Assembly: GCA_021399395.1 (NCBI GenBank)
Contig: JAAFKJ010000001.1
Location: forward strand, 30,165-94,164
DNA: 64,000 nt
Direction: 5' to 3'
From: Candidatus Heimdallarchaeota archaeon
GTDB lineage: Archaea; Asgardarchaeota; Heimdallarchaeia; Heimdallarchaeales; Heimdallarchaeaceae
Part shown: one piece after another, positions 1-10,264 of the stretch
Layout: each line of letters starts with the position of its first letter
Numbering within the stretch: position 1 is the stretch's first letter
The notes under the pieces: model-generated
Databases searched by the model: none
What the model was told of the DNA's origin: nothing
Seen by the model: only the letters and a program-made list of their open reading frames with translations
Position numbers and translations under genes: made by a program

Positions 1-300
1 AAAGATGGAGTATATCTCAAAGACTCATATGGGGGGTATGTTGTACCTGCTAAAGGTCAATTTTACTTCACATGCCAACTAGGCTATTTTATCGAAAATG
101 GTGAGATAACTGACATGATGGGTAATGTCGGGATGTCAGGTATGACTCTAGAAGTATTGCAAAACACTTTCGCAATTGGTGAGAAGTGGGAACCAGCTTT
201 TGAGGGAACGTGTGGCAAAGGTGGACAATGGGTTCCAGTAATTGGTGGAGGTCCAAATCTAGGGGTTTCAGATTTAGTTGTTGGAGGAACAGAACAATGA
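1..300 (+). CDS. tldD: TldD/PmbA family metalloprotease, TldD subunit (5' truncated by window)
   Basis: Frame 1 is open from base 1 (KDGVYLKDSYGG...IENGEI...GTCGKGGQWVPVIGGGP), the typical TldD C-terminus with CGK motif; ATGA overlap with next gene. Confidence 0.88.
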   Translation, partial: KDGVYLKDSYGGYVVPAKGQFYFTCQLGYFIENGEITDMMGNVGMSGMTLEVLQNTFAIGEKWEPAFEGTCGKGGQWVPVIGGGPNLGVSDLVVGGTEQ

Positions 301-1646
301 CATCAAAAGAAGATTTACATGAACTAGCAGAATTCATCATAAAACAAGGGTTGAAACTAGGAGCAGATCAAGTAGAAGCTTATACATTATATGGTTCAGC
401 TAAGAGCGTTCAAGTTGAAAGAGGCTCAATTAGAAAGTTTACCGACATTAGCAACTCTGGTTTAGGAATCCGCATCATTAAGGACAAATCTATAGGTATG
501 GCTTCAACAACAATTTTTACCAAAGATAGCATAGAAAATTGCGTTAATAATGCATATGCTTTAGCTAAAGTAAGTCCGCCTGATCCAAATTTTGATTCTT
601 TACCTGTAGATGAAACACCTACACCAGAGATACAGGACAGATATGATCAATCTGTTATCGATTTAGATGTTGAAGAATTTACTGAAATTATCTTACAATC
701 CATTCAAGAAGCACAAAAGTATGAAAAAGCTATAATTGGAGGGAACTTCACAGCTGGTTATGGTGAAAGGTTTATCGTTAATTCACAAGGTATTGATCGA
801 ACATCTTCTCAAACATCCGTCAGTGGATATCTGAGCGTTAAGCTAGAAGAAGGAGAAGATATCGGTAATGCGTATTATTATGATGCTTCAACAGTTCTTT
901 CTAAGTTTAAGTATGAGCAAATTGGAAAAGTAGCTGGGGAAAGAGCTAAAAACATGTTAGGATCTAAGAAAATAGAAACTACATCTTTGCCAATTCTACT
1001 TGACCCCGACAGCACATATGGAACAATCGAACCTATCCTTTCGAACGGTATTAATGCTTTTAGCGTGTTTAACAGAACTGCATTCTTTGTTGACAAAATT
1101 GGAGATGCAATAGCAAATGAGAAATTGAACATCACAGATGATCCTTTCTATCCAGGTGGGACAGATTCAGCCCCCTTTGATGATGAGGGTGTTGTTCCCA
1201 AAAAACTGAAATTGGTTGAAAATGGAATACTGCAGACCTATATCACTGACTCATATTCTGCGCCATTAGTTGGTTTAGAAAATACCGGTCATGCTTCAAG
1301 AGGTTCATTCGCTTCTAGACCTAGACCAGCGCCTTATACACTCAGTATCGAACCTGGAACCATTTCTAAAGATAATCTAATAGCTGATATGAAAGAAGGA
1401 ATCTTAATGATTGGTTCACCTCTCCATTCAAGAGGTAATAATCCTCAAATCTCAGCACAAATCAATCAAGGTTTTCTTGTTAAGGATGGAGAGATACAAT
1501 ACCCAATTAAAAATGCTGTAATTGGTTGTACTGTTTTCGATGTTTATCAAAAAATAGATAAACTAAGTAAAGAAATAGAAAACCGTAATGGCCATAAAGC
1601 ACCTTGGATGTTATTAAAAGCATTACAAGTAAGTGGAGGCAAGTAA
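297..1646 (+). CDS. pmbA: TldE/PmbA family protein
   Basis: PFDDEG, LVENGIL and TGHASR motifs; follows tldD; start moved to ATG 297 (ATGA overlap). Confidence 0.88.
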   Translation: MTSKEDLHELAEFIIKQGLKLGADQVEAYTLYGSAKSVQVERGSIRKFTDISNSGLGIRIIKDKSIGMASTTIFTKDSIENCVNNAYALAKVSPPDPNFDSLPVDETPTPEIQDRYDQSVIDLDVEEFTEIILQSIQEAQKYEKAIIGGNFTAGYGERFIVNSQGIDRTSSQTSVSGYLSVKLEEGEDIGNAYYYDASTVLSKFKYEQIGKVAGERAKNMLGSKKIETTSLPILLDPDSTYGTIEPILSNGINAFSVFNRTAFFVDKIGDAIANEKLNITDDPFYPGGTDSAPFDDEGVVPKKLKLVENGILQTYITDSYSAPLVGLENTGHASRGSFASRPRPAPYTLSIEPGTISKDNLIADMKEGILMIGSPLHSRGNNPQISAQINQGFLVKDGEIQYPIKNAVIGCTVFDVYQKIDKLSKEIENRNGHKAPWMLLKALQVSGGK

Positions 1647-1713
1647 CCTCCCAACCCACTATTTTTTGAAATTTAATCAAAAACTTTATTGGTATAGTAT
1701 AAAGAATCTAACT

Positions 1714-2595
1714 ATGCCTAAAATCAGTTTGACTTCGATTGCGAATATTCTTTCAATTGGAGTAAATTCTTTACTTATTATTCTTAAACTGGTAATAGGA
1801 TTTCTATTTAATTCAATCAGTCTAATAGCTGACGGATTTGATTCTGTTATGGATGTAGTCTCAGCTTCTATTGCTGGGGTTGGTGAAAGGATAAGTAGAA
1901 AACCTCCTGATCGAGATCATCCATTTGGTCACCAGAAATTTCAACTTATCTCAAGTCTCGTAATTGTTCTTACAATGTTTATCTCATCTTATTTTATTGC
2001 ACAAGAATCAATTAATCGACTAATTGAAGCAACATCTTACGATTTAGAAATTTGGATATTAGTAGCTGCAAGTGTATCATTGGTCACTAAATTATCAATT
2101 TCCATAGCTTTAATGAAAATAGGAAAAAAACTCAAGTCTACTGTCTATATAGCAAACGCAAAAAACTACAGAACAGATGCTATTTCGTCAATTTTTGTAA
2201 TTATTGCATATATTGGAGGTAGATTTGATGTGTGGTGGTTAGATCCAGCGTGTGCATTTGTTATTGTTGCATTGATTCTCTTTACAGGTTTTGAGATAGC
2301 CAAAATGTCTCTTCCAGAACTTCTCGATAAAGGTCCATCTTTGGAAATTGTTGAGGAACTAAAATCTACTGCACTTGCATGTCCTGAAATTAAAGAAGTG
2401 CACGTAATACGACTGAGATCAATTTTAGGTTCTTATACAGGAGATTTCCACATACTTGTAGACCCCGAGTTATCCATTCTTGAAGCACATGAAATCTCAG
2501 AAAGAGTTAAAGCGAAACTTGAATCTACAGGACACTTTAGAGACTTGTTAATTCATATAGAACCGTATATTCCTGAAGAAAGTTTGGAAGGTTGA
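1714..2595 (+). CDS. Cation diffusion facilitator family transporter
   Basis: SISLIADGFDS, PPDRDHPFGH, six TM segments and C-terminal IHIEP domain; ATG at 1714. Confidence 0.9.
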   Translation: MPKISLTSIANILSIGVNSLLIILKLVIGFLFNSISLIADGFDSVMDVVSASIAGVGERISRKPPDRDHPFGHQKFQLISSLVIVLTMFISSYFIAQESINRLIEATSYDLEIWILVAASVSLVTKLSISIALMKIGKKLKSTVYIANAKNYRTDAISSIFVIIAYIGGRFDVWWLDPACAFVIVALILFTGFEIAKMSLPELLDKGPSLEIVEELKSTALACPEIKEVHVIRLRSILGSYTGDFHILVDPELSILEAHEISERVKAKLESTGHFRDLLIHIEPYIPEESLEG

Positions 2596-3063
2596 TTATT
2601 CTTCAACAAGAGATCTGTTCTTTCTCTTCCAAGCAGTTAAAATGAAACCTAGTTCTCCTCCATGTTGATTAAGATGATGAATATACTCGAATAACCAATC
2701 TTCGACAGAGATGCTATATTCTTTATATGTTCTCATCTCACTCAGCTGTTTATCAACAATATTTGCTAGTTCCTGTTCTACTTTGGAAACCATTTCATCA
2801 TACCCTTCAATCAAATCATCCAAAGTTAATCCCTCAGGTTTTTCCTCGAAATGATACCCTTCTTCATCATTATTTAGAATGACATTTACAATCCAGATCT
2901 GATCATGAATTAGATGCTCTATTATCCATCCAGAGGTATACATTGTATCATGTACTTTCCAAGCTAGAATGTCTTCAGGTAGATGAGTTAAATATTCTCG
3001 GAACGCTTCGTGTGATCTTTTTATAATTTCAAGATAGAACTGTGATTTTTGATTTAGAGTCAT
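2596..3063 (-). CDS. DinB family protein
   Basis: GWIIEHL...HHLNQHGGEL His pattern of the DinB/YfiT four-helix fold; ATG 3063 lies ~26 nt downstream of a TTAAATA box. Confidence 0.7.
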   Translation of the reverse strand: MTLNQKSQFYLEIIKRSHEAFREYLTHLPEDILAWKVHDTMYTSGWIIEHLIHDQIWIVNVILNNDEEGYHFEEKPEGLTLDDLIEGYDEMVSKVEQELANIVDKQLSEMRTYKEYSISVEDWLFEYIHHLNQHGGELGFILTAWKRKNRSLVEE

Positions 3064-3167
3064 GATTATGAACCAAAAACCCATCTTCTATTTAAGATGT
3101 AGGTTTTGTAGAAATTTTCTGGGTTCTGATGAAAGATTTTTATTTATCATCGAATAGAGAATGTTGA

Positions 3168-4523
3168 ATGAGAAGTTTAAGCATAAATACCGATGTTCTA
3201 ATTGTTGGTGCTGGTCCAGCTGGTGTGAGTTTAGCAATTAATCTTGGTAAAAGAGATATCTCAACTATCGTTGTCGATCAAAAACAGAAAAAGAACATAG
3301 GTTACAAAGCTTGTGGAGATGCGTTATCACCAAATTCAACACGGAAACTATATGAATTTTCAGGGATTAAACAACCTTATGGAGATGAAATAGCTGAAAA
3401 TTTGAAGACAGCTCATTTTCGACCAGTTAGTGATTTTGAATTATCTCTTGATTTCGTTTCACAAACAGTTGACCGTTTAAAATATGGTCAACGTCTTTTA
3501 GAATCCCTAAAAGAATATTCTTCAATAGATGTGAAAACAGAACACAAAGTTGTAGGAACAATAGTTGAAGAAAACCAGGTAATTGGGTGTAAAGTAAGAC
3601 AAAAAGATGGTAAAAAGTTCAATATTTATGCAAAAATTGTTGTTGATTGTTCGGGTATTACTGGTATTGTACGAAGAGGAATCCCAGTTTCAGTTTGTGA
3701 CAAATTCCCAAATAAACTCAAGAAAGAAGAAACCATTGTTTCCTACCGAGAGATTATAGAAACTTCTGAACCTCACGAATATCAATATCAGATGAGGATA
3801 GAATATCATGATGAAATGCCTCCTCCAGGTTATTTTTGGATTTTTTCCAAAGGTGAAAAGAAGCTAAATGTGGGTGTTGGTTGGTTACTTAATGATAATA
3901 ATAAGAAAGCAAATGTGAAAACCATACATGAAACTATCAGAAAGAAAATTTTTCCCAGCGCAAAAGTTTTGGATGCTGTTGGAGACACTTTACCAGGTCG
4001 TTTACCATTGTATTCAATGGTCTGTAATGGTTTTCTGACTTGTGGAGATGCTGCTACACTTGTTAATCCTATTAGTGGAGAAGGGCATGGTCCAGCTTTG
4101 TTGAGTGCGTATCATGCTGCGGATATCGTGGAAAAAGCCATTAGAAATAACGATAACAGCGAAGAAGCTCTATGGGAGTATAACATTAAGATTTGGAATT
4201 ACTATGGATATGAGGGCGGATTAGGTATAGCTGTCCATAAACTTCTAGCTGCTGTTCCCTTCAGCGATTTCTCTTTTCTCTTCGAAAAAGGGATAATAAC
4301 ACAAGAAGATGTAGATGCAATAATGGGATCTACAGCTGTTAAATTGCCAATATTCCAAAAAGTAATCAAAGGGATGAGGAAGCCAAAATTGCTAATCAAA
4401 GTAGCAAAAGGATTGTTACTAGCTGAGAGAATAAAGAAACTATCCACGAAATATCCTTCTAAACCAAATAGATTTTACAGGTGGAAAAAGAAGATAGAAA
4501 AAATTGAAAGGAAAAGAATCTAA
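3168..4523 (+). CDS. Geranylgeranyl reductase family FAD-dependent oxidoreductase
   Basis: GAGPAG, ACGDAL, GYFWIFSKG and GDAA..VNPISGEG motifs. Confidence 0.85.
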   Translation: MRSLSINTDVLIVGAGPAGVSLAINLGKRDISTIVVDQKQKKNIGYKACGDALSPNSTRKLYEFSGIKQPYGDEIAENLKTAHFRPVSDFELSLDFVSQTVDRLKYGQRLLESLKEYSSIDVKTEHKVVGTIVEENQVIGCKVRQKDGKKFNIYAKIVVDCSGITGIVRRGIPVSVCDKFPNKLKKEETIVSYREIIETSEPHEYQYQMRIEYHDEMPPPGYFWIFSKGEKKLNVGVGWLLNDNNKKANVKTIHETIRKKIFPSAKVLDAVGDTLPGRLPLYSMVCNGFLTCGDAATLVNPISGEGHGPALLSAYHAADIVEKAIRNNDNSEEALWEYNIKIWNYYGYEGGLGIAVHKLLAAVPFSDFSFLFEKGIITQEDVDAIMGSTAVKLPIFQKVIKGMRKPKLLIKVAKGLLLAERIKKLSTKYPSKPNRFYRWKKKIEKIERKRI

Positions 4524-6391
4524 GTAACAACTACTTTTCCGTCACCTATTCTAATCATCCTATCACATATTTTTGCAACTTCAAGATCATGGGTAACTAG
4601 AATAACTGCCGTACCTTGTTCTTTGGCAAATCTATTGATTAAATCAATTACAACTTTTCCTGTTTGAGAATCAAGATCTCCAGTTGGTTCATCTGCGAAA
4701 AGAACTGCAGGATTGTTAATCATGGCCCTGGCTATGGTTACGCGTTGCATTTGCCCCCCAGATAGTTTGATAGGATATTGATTCTGAAATCGTTCAAGTC
4801 CTACTTCCCTAATGAGTTCTAATGCACGCTTTTTAACATCTCTTCTAGGGTTTCCAATCATCAAACCCGGAAACATTACATTTTCAAGTACTGTCAATTG
4901 AGGTACTAGATTATAGTATTGGAAGATGAAACCCATATTTCTTCTTCTGAACATGGAAACTGCAGAATCAGTCATAGTGTCAATGTTTGTACCTAATAGA
5001 AAAACTGCACCTCGATTAGGTGTATCTAACCCTGAAAGTAAATTTAGAAGTGTTGTCTTTCCACTTCCGGAAGGTCCAATAATTGCTACCATCTCACCCT
5101 TCTTGATTTCCATATCTACTCCTCTGAGTGCATAAACAGTTGATCCCACCAAACGATAGGTTTTGAAAAGCGAAACCCCTTTTAGAATAGTTTCTTCTTC
5201 AACGTCAATTGTTCGCCGGTTTTCAATTCCGATATCTGTAGGTATGGATTGAAAATAAGCTACATCCCTGAATTTGTCTGCAAAATATTTCAGTAGTTGA
5301 ATCTCTGTCAATGTTTGAGTGAAAATATTGGCTAGAAAGTCAATTTGCTCAATTTCCTTTTCTGGAAGATCTTTATATTTGTTGATTATATTCAGTAGGG
5401 ACTGATAGACTTTCTTAACATTTACTTGCAGATGATTCAAACGCGAAGTTGTATCTTCACAGTTTGTCATCGTTTCAACCATCATCAAATAATCCATTAG
5501 TGTACCATATTCTAGCTTTTCTACCTCTATTTTTAGTTCTTTGTTAACCTCTGAAACTCGTTTTAATTGTTTTAGTAGAACAGAGATAGCTTGTTGTGTT
5601 GATGATAATAGACCAAATACAACACGCAAAGTTCTCCATAATTTATCACTCATTTGATCTTCTAGAAGCCTCACATTTTCTTCTATGAGTATTAATTCTT
5701 CTAACTTATGGATTGCTACTTCATTTGATGCTAAGATTGAATTGAGATTATTGGAGCAGGCTTTTCCAAATTGAGCAATTAGAAGATGTTCTGCGATTAA
5801 TCTTAGAGGCACGTTAGAGGTCTTATCTTCAACTTCTCGCTTCAATATAAAATCAGGAAACATTATAATATCTGGATAATCATCTGGAAAATCCCATATA
5901 ATTAAGAATGTTTTCAGTAGAACATCACTTACTCTTTCAATGACTTGATCATCTATTGTTTTTGCTTTTTGTACAATTCCTTCTATTATACCTGAACTAT
6001 TTTGAGCGCCAGAACTTTTTACAAGATTAGTAAGCATTTGTGTAATATCTTTAATCTCAACATTTTTTCTTATTTCTTTGGAATAATTTGCACACTCACC
6101 TTTACAATAATTTTGAACAATACTTTCTAATTTTTGTATAACCTCTTTTCTTTGTTCACCAGATTCTACTGAAGCTAAAGGAATGCTACATTTCACGAAA
6201 AGAAAAGTATTAACCTCAAGGACATCAAAGGAGCTCAGAGAGGAAGATGGTGTAAGTTTGGATACAAACTTTTTTAATTTTCGAATCAGAAGATTCAGAG
6301 AATCTCTGTTTAATTTGTTTATGAGTACTCCCATCGTCATCTCTACGAATTTTTCTTGTGTTGGAAATTCTGTTGGTGTTTTTTCACTCAT
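4520..6391 (-). CDS. LolD/MacB-type ABC ATPase with ~390-aa unknown N-terminal extension
   Basis: C-terminal GPSGSGKT, LSGGQMQR and DEPTGDLD; N-terminal helical region not recognised. Confidence 0.85.
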   Translation of the reverse strand: MSEKTPTEFPTQEKFVEMTMGVLINKLNRDSLNLLIRKLKKFVSKLTPSSSLSSFDVLEVNTFLFVKCSIPLASVESGEQRKEVIQKLESIVQNYCKGECANYSKEIRKNVEIKDITQMLTNLVKSSGAQNSSGIIEGIVQKAKTIDDQVIERVSDVLLKTFLIIWDFPDDYPDIIMFPDFILKREVEDKTSNVPLRLIAEHLLIAQFGKACSNNLNSILASNEVAIHKLEELILIEENVRLLEDQMSDKLWRTLRVVFGLLSSTQQAISVLLKQLKRVSEVNKELKIEVEKLEYGTLMDYLMMVETMTNCEDTTSRLNHLQVNVKKVYQSLLNIINKYKDLPEKEIEQIDFLANIFTQTLTEIQLLKYFADKFRDVAYFQSIPTDIGIENRRTIDVEEETILKGVSLFKTYRLVGSTVYALRGVDMEIKKGEMVAIIGPSGSGKTTLLNLLSGLDTPNRGAVFLLGTNIDTMTDSAVSMFRRRNMGFIFQYYNLVPQLTVLENVMFPGLMIGNPRRDVKKRALELIREVGLERFQNQYPIKLSGGQMQRVTIARAMINNPAVLFADEPTGDLDSQTGKVVIDLINRFAKEQGTAVILVTHDLEVAKICDRMIRIGDGKVVVT

Positions 6392-7104
6392 TTCTGCTCA
6401 TCTCCTTTATCAACAATTTCACCATCTACAATTCTAATTATCCTATGACAGAATGAAGCGATATATTCGGAATGCGTTACAACAAGAAATGTTTGTTCGT
6501 AGTTTTCGTTTATTGAAACGAATAAATTCATTATTTCAGTTGAAGTATCTTGATCTAAATCTCCTGTGGGTTCATCTCCAAGTATAATAGCAGGATTCAT
6601 CAGCAGTGCTCTGGACACTGCAACTCGTTGTTGTTCTCCTCCACTTAGCTGATTTGGTAAGTGAAAGATTTTATCTCCCAAACCCATTTGACGAAGCATC
6701 ATTTTAGCTTCTTCCTCTGCTTCTAAACGGGATATATTGGTTAGCAATAAAGGTAAAACTGTGTTATCTAGAGCTGATATGAATTCAAATAGATTGAATA
6801 ATTGAAAGATATAACCTATATTGTGCAGTCGAAATTCTGTCATTTCAATATCAGCTAATTCACTTACATCTTGACCTTGGATGAAAATCTCTCCTTCTGT
6901 GGGTTGATCTATTCCTCCTAGAAGATTTAATAGAGTAGTTTTACCGCAACCTGAAGGACCCATGATAGCGACCATTTCACCTTTCTTAATCTCAATATCA
7001 AGTCCTTTAAGAGCATGAACCTCTAGGTCTGTACCTTCAGCGTATGTTTTGTGTAGATTTGTTGTCTTTAGTATAATTTCTTCGTTCATGTTATCATCCC
7101 ACAT
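6388..7104 (-). CDS. ABC transporter ATP-binding protein (LolD-like)
   Basis: GPSGCGKT, LSGGEQQR, DEPTGDLD. Confidence 0.93.
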   Translation of the reverse strand: MWDDNMNEEIILKTTNLHKTYAEGTDLEVHALKGLDIEIKKGEMVAIMGPSGCGKTTLLNLLGGIDQPTEGEIFIQGQDVSELADIEMTEFRLHNIGYIFQLFNLFEFISALDNTVLPLLLTNISRLEAEEEAKMMLRQMGLGDKIFHLPNQLSGGEQQRVAVSRALLMNPAIILGDEPTGDLDQDTSTEIMNLFVSINENYEQTFLVVTHSEYIASFCHRIIRIVDGEIVDKGDEQK

Positions 7105-10100
7105 ATCTTATTGCTTCAGCTGGAGTTATCTGACTCGCTCTTATTCCTGGTATTATCGACGCTATGAGTGCTATTCCGAGCATTATACCCGTATAGAGTA
7201 ACAATTTAAGTAATGGAATTACCAATCTCCAGTCATAAATATTCGAGAACGACCATCCTAGAATGAGACTGTTTATGAATCCCATTACTAAGCCTAAAAT
7301 TGCCAGAATAAATAATTCCAGCATTATTGACCCAATTATTTGTCGTTTCTTAAAGCCTATTGCTCTCATCATTCCTATTTCTCTTCTTCTTTCTGATACA
7401 TTCCTCACGGCAATAATTATCATCCCAAGCGCACCAACAACCAAACCAAAACCAACGAAATATTCTAGAAAGGCAAATGTTTTCACTTGGAAGTCAACTA
7501 ATTGAAGCATTTCATTCCAATAAGAATCTGCATCAGCAGCAACAAAATCTTCACTCAGTACAAGTAATGATTCATTACCGTTGAAGTATTCTTCAATTCT
7601 TTCAGCAAGTTCATAGTTTTCATCAGTTCTGAAATTTAGAGATGTTTGTACTAGAAACCTTGTATACTTTGGATATAAAACAAAATTATCTCTTAATATT
7701 GGATAAAAGTCAGGTGTAATAATTAAACTTGGTAATCGTGATTCGAATGCAAATGGATACTGCATAACAGATGCAATTACTATTACCTGTCTTGGGGAAT
7801 ATCCTAGTCCGTGTAAGTTAAAAACAAATCCTGGTCTAAGAAGAGGTGTAGTTGAAATTACTGTTTCGAAACCATTGTCATTATCTACATATCCTTCTGC
7901 ATTGAATTTTGTTCGGTTATAGAAGAAATCCCAGATTTCGTGACTATATTCTCGTTGATACTCTTCTGAAGCTCCTGGTTTGTATTTTTTTGTAAATTGA
8001 CTGATAGATTGTTCAAAAATGAAATCAAATGTATAATCACTGCCATTTTTGAAAGTATCTTCATAAATCATATCCACTCCAGCAGGTAGGATTTCTGACG
8101 GTATCTCGAACTCATACCCTTCTACTTGCGTGATGTAAATAATCGTAGAATTTATTCCTTTTACGTAGGTGATTGCTTCATCCACCGAATAGAGATCTTT
8201 CTCTACTTCAACTAAAGATGAGTTTGCGATAGGTGTATCCAATTCGATAAATATTGGAGCACCACCACTAAAGAACTCCGCTGATTCTAACGTATTGTAG
8301 GAATATGTTGATTGGTAAATACCAGCGAAGATATTCATTGTTAGAACAAGTGCGAAAATACCGAATGTTAATGTACTCCGAATAGATTTTGATGTCATAT
8401 ATTTACTTGAAATCAAAGAAACTCCTTTTTTCAATCTAGTTCTATATAGCATGTTTCTGAGAGAATTTGTAACAGCTGAAAGATTGACACCTACAACTAT
8501 TATTGACCCCAGTGCCAAAACGACAGCGAGAGTTGCCAAAATTTTAGTGTTTTCTGTAACTTCCTTTAGCGCGGGTAGTGAGGTTAGCAACATAACAATA
8601 GCTACTCCCATAAAAGTAAGACCAATACCATTCCCCATTATTTTCTTAGAAAATAGATATCCTAGAATTATACTTACTCCAATTAGAACAGCCGCACTAG
8701 CTCCCATAAACATCCATTGTTCCAATGATGTATCCCAGCCTTCAGGTACAAAGAATGATCCATATAGTAGATACTGTGAGACAAAAATTCCTATCCCACC
8801 TACGATAAATGTTAGACCTAAACCTAGAGAGAATGTTCCAGTCCTTTTTGGTTTTACTTTCTTAATTCCTCTAATTACTTCTATAACATCTACTCTTGCA
8901 GCTCTTATCGCTGGAAATACACCTGCACCTACAGAGAGGATCAGTCCTAATACTATTGAATAAATGACAGCTCCACTCGTAACTGTTGGTTGAAGTATAA
9001 TTGCACCTTCAAAAAATGTCTGTCCTATTTGGTACACTAAGAAAACGGACATACCATATCCCCCCGCTACACCCATAAACGAGCCAAAAATACCTAGTAC
9101 TGTTGATTCAATTAAGAACAGTTGAACAATCTCTCTTCGTTTTGATCCAATTGCTCTTAGAATTCCCAATTGCTGAATCCTATCTTCTACTTGAATAAGT
9201 TGAATATTCACCAATAGGAGAACACCAGCAAAGATAATTAGTGCCCCAAACAGGTTGAAAGCGATTAAAACATCAGCAAGAATTTCTTCAGAAACCTCAA
9301 GTATCAATGCACGAAAAGCTATGATAATCAACCCATTGGATCCTGTTGGATCTAGAAGTTCTTTAAGTTCTAATTCTACTTGTTTAGCATATTCATTATC
9401 TACTGGATTTTCTTCGTGATTAGCACTTAGTGCAATATTAATATCAGTACAAACATCAGGATCTAAACCAAGAATTGACCTTATATTGTCAATACTTGTC
9501 CAGAGAGCTCTTCCTCCGAGCTCCTTTCCCTTACCTAAATCTGATAAGAAGTCTACTACTTTCAAATCATAGGTTTTGTATTCATATCTCAGGGTGCCAG
9601 TTTGATTGAGTTCGCCTATTCTTATTTTAATAATGGACCCAACAGTAACGTTTAGGTCTTCTTGTAAATCAGATCCAAGAAGAACATGAGATTCATTTGA
9701 AAATATGTCTGAGAGTTGAACTTGAGAGATTTTTGTTTCATTCTCGAAATGAAATTGCCCAAACACTGGATCTTCATCCAGTTCAACACCGACAAAACTT
9801 ACACCCTTTTCTAAATCTCCCGTTTCTAAATTGTAAACAGCAACGTCCTGCGTTACTCTCGCATTTATAGCTGCGAATTCGATATCCGAAGCATATATCT
9901 GATCAATAATGCCTTCATAATCTTGAATTGGAAAACCAAATCCACTAATAATTATGTCATTTTCTCCTATAGCATCTGCAAAAAACTTCAATGCTTCAGT
10001 TGAAAAACTTGTGATAGTAATCTGAACTCCCACCATTAAAGAAACGCCAAGGGAGATAGCAATCAAAGTACCGATGTTCTTTCCAAGTCTTCGTTTGAAT

Positions 10101-10132
10101 GTTTTTTGGAAAAGATTTGTAATATAACTCAT
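7094..10132 (-). CDS. ABC transporter permease, FtsX/MacB-like (two FtsX domains)
   Basis: Two repeats of ER..EIG..RAIG-type motifs, many TM segments, ends PAEAIRY. Confidence 0.9.
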   Translation of the reverse strand: MSYITNLFQKTFKRRLGKNIGTLIAISLGVSLMVGVQITITSFSTEALKFFADAIGENDIIISGFGFPIQDYEGIIDQIYASDIEFAAINARVTQDVAVYNLETGDLEKGVSFVGVELDEDPVFGQFHFENETKISQVQLSDIFSNESHVLLGSDLQEDLNVTVGSIIKIRIGELNQTGTLRYEYKTYDLKVVDFLSDLGKGKELGGRALWTSIDNIRSILGLDPDVCTDINIALSANHEENPVDNEYAKQVELELKELLDPTGSNGLIIIAFRALILEVSEEILADVLIAFNLFGALIIFAGVLLLVNIQLIQVEDRIQQLGILRAIGSKRREIVQLFLIESTVLGIFGSFMGVAGGYGMSVFLVYQIGQTFFEGAIILQPTVTSGAVIYSIVLGLILSVGAGVFPAIRAARVDVIEVIRGIKKVKPKRTGTFSLGLGLTFIVGGIGIFVSQYLLYGSFFVPEGWDTSLEQWMFMGASAAVLIGVSIILGYLFSKKIMGNGIGLTFMGVAIVMLLTSLPALKEVTENTKILATLAVVLALGSIIVVGVNLSAVTNSLRNMLYRTRLKKGVSLISSKYMTSKSIRSTLTFGIFALVLTMNIFAGIYQSTYSYNTLESAEFFSGGAPIFIELDTPIANSSLVEVEKDLYSVDEAITYVKGINSTIIYITQVEGYEFEIPSEILPAGVDMIYEDTFKNGSDYTFDFIFEQSISQFTKKYKPGASEEYQREYSHEIWDFFYNRTKFNAEGYVDNDNGFETVISTTPLLRPGFVFNLHGLGYSPRQVIVIASVMQYPFAFESRLPSLIITPDFYPILRDNFVLYPKYTRFLVQTSLNFRTDENYELAERIEEYFNGNESLLVLSEDFVAADADSYWNEMLQLVDFQVKTFAFLEYFVGFGLVVGALGMIIIAVRNVSERRREIGMMRAIGFKKRQIIGSIMLELFILAILGLVMGFINSLILGWSFSNIYDWRLVIPLLKLLLYTGIMLGIALIASIIPGIRASQITPAEAIRYVG

Positions 10133-10264
10133 AGTTTTAACCTTAACTTACGTAAATCAATGAATTTACTATATTTTCTAACTATATAAATGGTTATTTT
10201 TGTAAAAAATAGATATCATATGTAACTGTTTTAGATACTGCTCAATATTCAGATACTTTTAAAA

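Noticed and set aside
210-296. N-terminal extension of pmbA given in the ORF track
   Set aside because: Lies inside tldD; ATG 297 with the ATGA overlap is the plausible start. Similar over-extensions were trimmed for the CDF, GNAT, fixX, pyrE and pyrD genes
8451-8963. Antisense ORFs (this one and many others of 60-170 aa)
   Set aside because: Shadows of well-supported genes on the opposite strand
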